A DNA stretch of 64,000 nt from assembly GCA_040386535.1 (NCBI GenBank), contig JAZKFH010000009.1:160001-224000 (forward strand). Direction: 5' to 3'. The position numbers were made by a program, and so were the translations under genes. Source of the stretch: Myxococcota bacterium. Lineage in GTDB: Bacteria > Myxococcota_A > UBA796 > SXON01. The notes below the pieces were generated by a model that saw nothing but the letters and a program-made list of their open reading frames with translations, made no database searches and had not been told where the DNA came from. Positions within the stretch are counted from its first letter, which is position 1. The number at the start of each line of letters is the position of its first letter. Below are positions 58,404 to 64,000 of the stretch, one piece after another.

Positions 58404-59698
58404 TGCTCCACGTCGGTGAAGCTGATGAACGCGGCGCACATGTCCTGATCGTTGTCGCCCCAGGCGATCTCCCGCGGCTCCTGGCCGTCCGGCTGGTTGG
58501 CCACCGAGTTGTCGAAGCGGCACTCGATGTACACCTCGTCCTCGGGCTCGAACCGGATCGGCGCGTCGAACCAGTAGGGCTGCTCCCACCCGAAGTCCCA
58601 GCGCGGGATCTCCAAGAGGCAGGTGGTCGAGCCGTCAGGCTTCACCGCCACCACCCGCATGCGGCTCGCGTACCGGTGCATGTGGGGGGTGACCCCCTGC
58701 AGATCGACAGGCTGGCCTCCCGTGAACAACAACGGCTGGAAGCGGTACCAGAAGCCGACGTCCTCTTCCCCGGCGGGCACGCGCATCGCCTCGCCGACGA
58801 GCCACGCCGCGTTCCCGACGACGATGGAGCGCGCGTCCACCGCGGTGGTGTCGAGCCGGAAGTCGAGCGAGGTCTGGTCGGCGGGCGGATCGTCGCTCGA
58901 CGCGCTGTAATGAATCTGGAGGAGGATGCGCGAGTCGGGCGACACGACGGAGCCGATCCCGCGCGGATAGTCGCCCCCGAGGAGGCTGCCGCCGAGGGGG
59001 GTTGCGGTCGGAAACTCGCCCATGCCGCCGCTGCAGTCGAAGCCCGCGCCGTCGTCTTCCGCGTCGCGCCGCTCGATGGCCGCCACGTCCGCTTCGCCCA
59101 CGGAGGCGACGATCAGGTGGTGCACCACGTCCCGCGCGCCGGGCCGGGGCGCCATCCCGGTGATGCGCACCTCCTCCTCCACGGGCCAGTCGAGCAGGAA
59201 ACACCGGTTCTCGTCGATCGTGCCGTCGGGCGGATCAGGGGTGTACGGCTCGGGCATCGTGAGGGTCAGGTCCACCCGCGACACCCCGCCGATTGGCGGC
59301 CGCGGCTCTCCAGCATCGGCCGGATCCCCCTCGGGCGCGCCGGCGTCGATCCAGTCGATGAGCGTGGCGCGCTCGAGCTCGGTCAAGCCGAAGTCCTGGA
59401 ACCAGGGGGTGCAACACTCGGCCGCCAACCACGGCGGCATGCGGCGATCGATCACCGCGTCCCGCACGAGCGCCTGGGCAGAGGCGACCTGGGCGTAGGT
59501 CTCGAAGGTGAGCGGCGCGTGCGCGTCCGCGTCGTGACAGCCGAGACACTTCTGCTCGACGATGGGCGCGATGTCCGTCCACCACGTCGAGGCCGCGGAC
59601 GTCGGCGCGGCCCCGGTGTCCTCGTCGGCGCACCACGGGGCGTCGAGGGGCTGGCCCTTGCAGGCGGCGAGGAGCAGCGGGACCAGGACCATGCGCAT
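58400..59698 (-). CDS. Copper type II monooxygenase-like lipoprotein with N-terminal c-type haem motif
   Basis: CLGCH and MPPW; VVHHLIV and QIHY (CuH); TPHMH and DMC (CuM); WDFGWEQPY. Confidence 0.8.
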   Translation of the reverse strand: MRMVLVPLLLAACKGQPLDAPWCADEDTGAAPTSAASTWWTDIAPIVEQKCLGCHDADAHAPLTFETYAQVASAQALVRDAVIDRRMPPWLAAECCTPWFQDFGLTELERATLIDWIDAGAPEGDPADAGEPRPPIGGVSRVDLTLTMPEPYTPDPPDGTIDENRCFLLDWPVEEEVRITGMAPRPGARDVVHHLIVASVGEADVAAIERRDAEDDGAGFDCSGGMGEFPTATPLGGSLLGGDYPRGIGSVVSPDSRILLQIHYSASSDDPPADQTSLDFRLDTTAVDARSIVVGNAAWLVGEAMRVPAGEEDVGFWYRFQPLLFTGGQPVDLQGVTPHMHRYASRMRVVAVKPDGSTTCLLEIPRWDFGWEQPYWFDAPIRFEPEDEVYIECRFDNSVANQPDGQEPREIAWGDNDQDMCAAFISFTDVEQ

Positions 59699-59832
59699 GC
59701 GCGGATGGAACCACGAGCGCGCCGCGGGGGAAACCCTTTCCGGAGCCGCGCCGCGATCTCCATGCCGCCCGGAACACCGAAGTCGGGGCGCCGCCGCTTG
59801 TCGGCCGCCCGAGCACCCGGTACGTCCTCGGG

Positions 59833-60753
59833 ATGTCGTTGTTCTCCTCCATCGACGGCGTGTGTGACGTCCGCATCGTCCGCGGCGCCGCAGCCGATCC
59901 CTCGCGTTTTCCCGATCTCGCCATCGAGCTGCCCCACGGCGCGACCCGCACGGCCGACTACGATCGGGTGCGGGCGCAGCTCCAGGGCGCCTATGACGAC
60001 GACCTGGTGGACTTCTTCCACGTGAACACGGACGTGGGCTCGCCCGAGCTCGCGGACGCGGTGGCCGCGGCGCTCGTGGCCGCGCACCCGACGCGCGCGG
60101 TGTGTGTCATCCAGAGCCGCATCCCGCGCACCTTCATCGACTGCAACCGCGTGATCGACGCGGCGCCCGAGGCGTTCCGCGAGGGAAAGGTCACGCCCGG
60201 CGTACCCCCGTGGATCCGCCATCCGTACGACCTCGAACGGCTCCGCGAGGCCCATGCCGCCTACGTCGGCGCGGCGCAGGCCATGATCGACGCCGTGTGT
60301 GGCGCGGGCGGGGTCGCCCTGATGCTGCACACCTACGCGCCCCGCTCCGTGGGCGTCGAGGTCGACGAGCACATCGTCGCCAGCCTGCATGCCGCCTACC
60401 GCCCCGAGACCGTCGAGACCTGGCCGCTCCGCCCCGTCGTCGACGTGATCGGGCGCTCGCTCGAAGGCGCGTCGATGGTCGACGAGGCGCTGCTCCACGA
60501 CCTGTCCGCCGGCTACGGCGCCCTCGGCATCGAGGTCGCGGACGGCCGCACCTACCCGCTCCACCCGAGCACCTGGGGCTTCCACCACGGAGCGCGCTGG
60601 CCCGGCCGCACGCTCTGCGTCGAGATCCGCCGCGATTTCGTGGCCGACCCGTGGGACCCTTTCGTCGAGATGGTCATCGCGCCCGACAAGACCGCGCGGA
60701 TGGCGGGCCCCCTGGCGGCAGCGATCGGCGGCTGGATCGGGCGGGTGGCGTGA
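59833..60753 (+). CDS. N-formylglutamate amidohydrolase-like protein
   Basis: ELPHG, TDVG, PRTFIDCNR, MLHTY, VEIRRD. Confidence 0.7.
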   Translation: MSLFSSIDGVCDVRIVRGAAADPSRFPDLAIELPHGATRTADYDRVRAQLQGAYDDDLVDFFHVNTDVGSPELADAVAAALVAAHPTRAVCVIQSRIPRTFIDCNRVIDAAPEAFREGKVTPGVPPWIRHPYDLERLREAHAAYVGAAQAMIDAVCGAGGVALMLHTYAPRSVGVEVDEHIVASLHAAYRPETVETWPLRPVVDVIGRSLEGASMVDEALLHDLSAGYGALGIEVADGRTYPLHPSTWGFHHGARWPGRTLCVEIRRDFVADPWDPFVEMVIAPDKTARMAGPLAAAIGGWIGRVA

Positions 60754-61667
60754 TGCTCTTCCTCGGCAATTCCTACACGTTCATGGGCGCCCTCGACGAG
60801 GCGGTGGTCGGGGTCTTCGCGGCCGCGGGCGACGAGGTCGCCGCCGAGCGCCTTGCCGAGCCCGGGTGGACGTTCGCCCAGCACGTCGGCGCAATCGAGA
60901 CCGACGGGAGCGCGTGGCAGGTCGCGTTCGAGGAGCCGCGGGCCTGGGTCTTCCTGCAGGAGCAGAGCCAGATCCCGGGCTTCCCCGAGGGGCAGGCCGA
61001 TCTCGTGGCGAGCCGCGAGGCGGCCGTGACGCTCGACGGCTACGCGGCGAGCACCGGCGCGCAGACGATGTTCCTGATGACATGGGGCCGGCGCGCGGGC
61101 GACGACCAGAACCCCGACACCTACCCGGACTTCGAGACCATGCAGGCCGCGCTCACGGCCGGGTACCTCGACTACGTGGCCCGCGCCTCGGAGGACGGCT
61201 CGGACGCGTGGGTCGCGCCCGTGGGCCTCGCGTGGGCGCGGGTCTACGACGACGTGGTGGCCGGCGGCCTCGATCCGCTCGACCCCACCAGCCCCTTCTA
61301 CGGCTTGTACATCGACGACGGCAGCCACCCGTCCCAACGCGGGACCTACCTCGCCGCGTGTGTCATCTACACCAGCCTCACGGGGGAGTCTCCCGTCGGC
61401 TTCGACGCGCCCGAGGCCGTGCCGGACGCCGCGTACCTGCAAGCGGTGGCGGCCGCGGTGGTGTTGGAAGGGGAGGGGCTCGCGTATCCGTGGCAGGTAG
61501 GCGGGGACACCGGTGACACGGACGTACCAGGGGATCCGGAGGACACAGGCGCCGACGCGGCCGAGGGCGGCGGGTGCGGATGCGACTCGACCGCCAACGG
61601 CGTGGCGGGCTGGATCCTGGGGCTGGGGATCGTCGTGAGCGTGGGGCGTCGTCGCGCGGCTCGCTGA
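60753..61667 (+). CDS. SGNH-hydrolase-like (DUF4886-like) protein with MYXO-CTERM-like tail
   Basis: LFLGNSYT, FLQEQSQ, MTWG, APVG, DGSHPS; C-terminal GGGCGC, TM segment and RRR. Confidence 0.75.
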   Translation: MLFLGNSYTFMGALDEAVVGVFAAAGDEVAAERLAEPGWTFAQHVGAIETDGSAWQVAFEEPRAWVFLQEQSQIPGFPEGQADLVASREAAVTLDGYAASTGAQTMFLMTWGRRAGDDQNPDTYPDFETMQAALTAGYLDYVARASEDGSDAWVAPVGLAWARVYDDVVAGGLDPLDPTSPFYGLYIDDGSHPSQRGTYLAACVIYTSLTGESPVGFDAPEAVPDAAYLQAVAAAVVLEGEGLAYPWQVGGDTGDTDVPGDPEDTGADAAEGGGCGCDSTANGVAGWILGLGIVVSVGRRRAAR

Positions 61668-61675
61668 GACTCGGA

Positions 61676-62101
61676 CTACGCCTCTACGATCTCACACAGT
61701 CCGGTGCTCTCGTTGCACTCGGCGCGAAACTCCTCGGCGGGCGCGCACAGAACGTCGTCCCGGCAGTCGCCGCAGGCCGCGGCGTCCCGCTCCGCGGTGA
61801 GGTCCGCGGCCGCCTCGGCCAGGGGGGCGAGGTCCGCTCCGACCGGAAAGGCCTCGGCGCAGTGGAACCGCGCGAAACAGCTGTTCGGACCGACGAGCTC
61901 GGAGAAGTCCATCACCTCGCACCCGACCTCGACGGTGCACGCCTGGTAGGGCTCCGGGAGGTCGGCGGCCCGGTCCTGGATCGTGTCGCACGTGTCTTCG
62001 GCGGTGTCGGAAGACGTGTCGGACGGTGTGTCGTCCGTGTCCTCGGTCTCGGGAGCCGGACAGCCGGTGAGCAGGAGGAACGTGAGGGCGAAGCGGTACA
62101 T
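61676..62101 (-). CDS. Small Cys-rich lipoprotein
   Basis: MYRFALTFLLLTGC; DT-rich linker; ten further Cys residues. Confidence 0.7.
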   Translation of the reverse strand: MYRFALTFLLLTGCPAPETEDTDDTPSDTSSDTAEDTCDTIQDRAADLPEPYQACTVEVGCEVMDFSELVGPNSCFARFHCAEAFPVGADLAPLAEAAADLTAERDAAACGDCRDDVLCAPAEEFRAECNESTGLCEIVEA

Positions 62102-62210
62102 CAGGGTCCGGGTGATGCATTCCCTATAGTCGCGCAACCGCCCGTTCGTCGCCGTGGGGAGGGCGGAAGGGTCGAGCGCATTGGCCCACGCGTGTGCAGA
62201 ACCGCGAGTG

Positions 62211-62735
62211 TCAGCCCCCGGCCACCCACTCCTTGCCATCCCACCGGTACGACACCGTGTACGCCTCGTCGTCCGCGGGGGCGACGTCCCGCGTGATCGT
62301 GCCGTCCTTGAACGTGAACTTCTCGTCCCACTTCTCGTCACGATCGAGGTCGACCTTGACGCGGTTGGCGGTGGGCGAGCCCGGGTCCTGGTACACGTTG
62401 ACCTTGAAGGGCTTGCCCTTGCTCACGTCCTTGAGCTTGTCCGACCCGATGTCGCGGCCCACGTAGCTGAACACGGTGATGTCGATCTCGCGGGTGCCAT
62501 GCGCCGTGGGGGCCGCGGCAGCCGCCGCCGGGGGCACCTCGGGGACGGCGTCGACGGCGGCCGTCGGGGTGGGCTCGGCCGGCACGGGGGCGACGGGCGT
62601 CAACGACAGGGTCGCTTGCGGCGGGGGCGCGGGCTCCATCGTGTAGGTCGCGAACGCGAAGCCCGCGACACCACACACGCCGCCGACCACGAGGGCGGTC
62701 AGGAACGTGGTGAGCCTCATCTTGCCAGCAAACAT
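62211..62735 (-). CDS. Hypothetical membrane-anchored protein
   Basis: TGATG overlap with the radical SAM stop (alternative ATG at 62720); N-terminal TM; Pro/Ala linker; KVDLDRDEKWDEKF. Confidence 0.7.
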   Translation of the reverse strand: MFAGKMRLTTFLTALVVGGVCGVAGFAFATYTMEPAPPPQATLSLTPVAPVPAEPTPTAAVDAVPEVPPAAAAAAPTAHGTREIDITVFSYVGRDIGSDKLKDVSKGKPFKVNVYQDPGSPTANRVKVDLDRDEKWDEKFTFKDGTITRDVAPADDEAYTVSYRWDGKEWVAGG

Positions 62736-63568
62736 CAGGAGCCTCCGCGCACCATCCCGCGTTCGCGCGGGACCGTGCAGTTGCAGTAGGTATACCGGCA
62801 CGGCTCCGCGGCAAAGCGCGGACGGAAGGTGCCGTCGAGCAGGTTGCCGAGCCGCTCGGCCCGGACGCGTCGCGACGGGTAGCAACGAAAGGCGTCGCCG
62901 CGGTCGTCCACGATGAAGTAGCGGGCGCCCGCCCAGCAGGGCCGCCCCTCGAAGTCGGGGGCGATCTCGCCGGTGCCGTTGTGGCCGCCGAGCGCTTCGA
63001 GCACGTCGCGCTCGTCGGCGCCGTAGTCGATGACCTCGCGGTCCTGCTTCTCGGGCTGCACCTTGAAGGTGAGGGGCGCGAACGCCGCGCGCAGCTCCGC
63101 GAGGCGCGGCAGGTTGGCTCGCGTGGCGACACAAGTGACACACAGCCGGCCCGCGTGCGCGGCGGCGAGGCGGGCCGCCTTCGCGCGGAAGGCCTCGGGA
63201 TCGGCGTACTCGAGGTGCAGCGACGCGGAGATGACCCCCGGGCGCGCGGCGGTGAGCGCGGCGAAACGCAGCAGGGTGTCCTCCTTGGCCGAGAGGTTGG
63301 TCACCACGCTCACCCGCCGCCCCTGTGTCACCAACGCTTCGACCAACCCGAGAAACCCGGGGTGTCGAAAGGGCTCGCCGCCCGAAAGTTTGATCTCCCA
63401 GTCTCCGGGCAGGCGCGCGAACGCGGCCACGAAGGCGGGGAGATCGTTGGCCCACCGCGAGCGGTCGTCGAGGAACCGTTGGGTGCAGTACGTGCAGCGG
63501 TAGTTGCACGTGGTGTTCATGTTCCACGAGACCACCCCTTCGAGGGGGTAGGGCAGGGCCGCGGTCAC
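62735..63568 (-). CDS. Radical SAM protein with SPASM/twitch-like C-terminal Cys cluster
   Basis: CNYRCTYC, LSGGEPF, VTNLS, SLH; CWAG...RC...LGN...CRYTYCNC. Confidence 0.88.
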   Translation of the reverse strand: MTAALPYPLEGVVSWNMNTTCNYRCTYCTQRFLDDRSRWANDLPAFVAAFARLPGDWEIKLSGGEPFRHPGFLGLVEALVTQGRRVSVVTNLSAKEDTLLRFAALTAARPGVISASLHLEYADPEAFRAKAARLAAAHAGRLCVTCVATRANLPRLAELRAAFAPLTFKVQPEKQDREVIDYGADERDVLEALGGHNGTGEIAPDFEGRPCWAGARYFIVDDRGDAFRCYPSRRVRAERLGNLLDGTFRPRFAAEPCRYTYCNCTVPRERGMVRGGS

Positions 63569-64000
63569 GCGTCGAGCTCACGCGAGGGGCCGATGCCCTC
63601 GATCATGCCGCGGTTGGCGGGCACGGTGCAGGGGCAGATGTCCCAGGGGCAGAGGGCCGGGGTGTCGCGGAGGCGGAGCGTGCCGTCGAAAAGGTTGCCG
63701 AGCCGCCCCGCGCCGTGCCGCTTGGCCGTGCGGCAGGACCACGCGGCGCCGTCCTTGTCGACGGTGAAGTAGTCCACGCCGGACCAGCAGCGGCGACCGC
63801 GGTAGCTCGGCGCGAGGTTGGCCTCGCGGGGCCCGGGCGTGTCTCCGAGCAGGGCGCGGAGCGCGGCGGCGTCGGGATAGTCGGCCACGCCACCCTTGGT
63901 CTTGTACAGCTGGGGAAACCAACGCAAGCCGGCGGCCTCGACCGTGGCCTTGCACGCGCCCGCCTCGGCCTCCCGCCCGGGGAACACCACCTGGTTCACG
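63565..64000 (-). CDS. Radical SAM paralogue, C-terminal part only (runs off the window end)
   Basis: CWSG...SC...LGNLFDG...CPWDICPCTVP aligns with the downstream gene's C-terminus; GTGA overlap. Confidence 0.7.
   Translation of the reverse strand, partial: VNQVVFPGREAEAGACKATVEAAGLRWFPQLYKTKGGVADYPDAAALRALLGDTPGPREANLAPSYRGRRCWSGVDYFTVDKDGAAWSCRTAKRHGAGRLGNLFDGTLRLRDTPALCPWDICPCTVPANRGMIEGIGPSRELDA

Overview
A gene-dense, very GC-rich bacterial chromosomal window. A Myxococcota-like origin is inferred from a MYXO-CTERM-type tail, many Cys-rich lipoproteins, the mevalonate pathway and DUF1501. About 60 CDSs are supported. They include nadE, a sigma-70 factor with a long structured upstream region, mpl, dsbD, hslO, a five-gene mevalonate operon (HMG-CoA reductase, mvk, mvaD, pmk, fni), a long-chain acyl-CoA ligase, a B12-radical SAM enzyme, chrA, a truncated haemoglobin, a fatty acyl-AMP ligase, a LysR/YceI pair, a copper monooxygenase and two tandem radical SAM genes. 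I saw no rRNA, tRNA, CRISPR array or transposase. The best candidate for an undescribed system is a four-gene operon with overlapping stop/start codons (7666-12030): class-III aminotransferase, LuxE-like acyl-protein synthetase, LuxC-like reductase and M19 dipeptidase, with no luciferase. It suggests a carboxylate-to-aldehyde-to-amine pathway with a final deprotection step. Other notable items are a prenyltransferase that has lost all catalytic motifs, a ~100-nt rod-like intergenic hairpin with a possible pseudoknot, ultra-short lipoprotein signal peptides, leaderless-type promoters and 11-bp-periodic regulator boxes. All calls come from motif recognition by eye; no searches were run, and start codons are best estimates.
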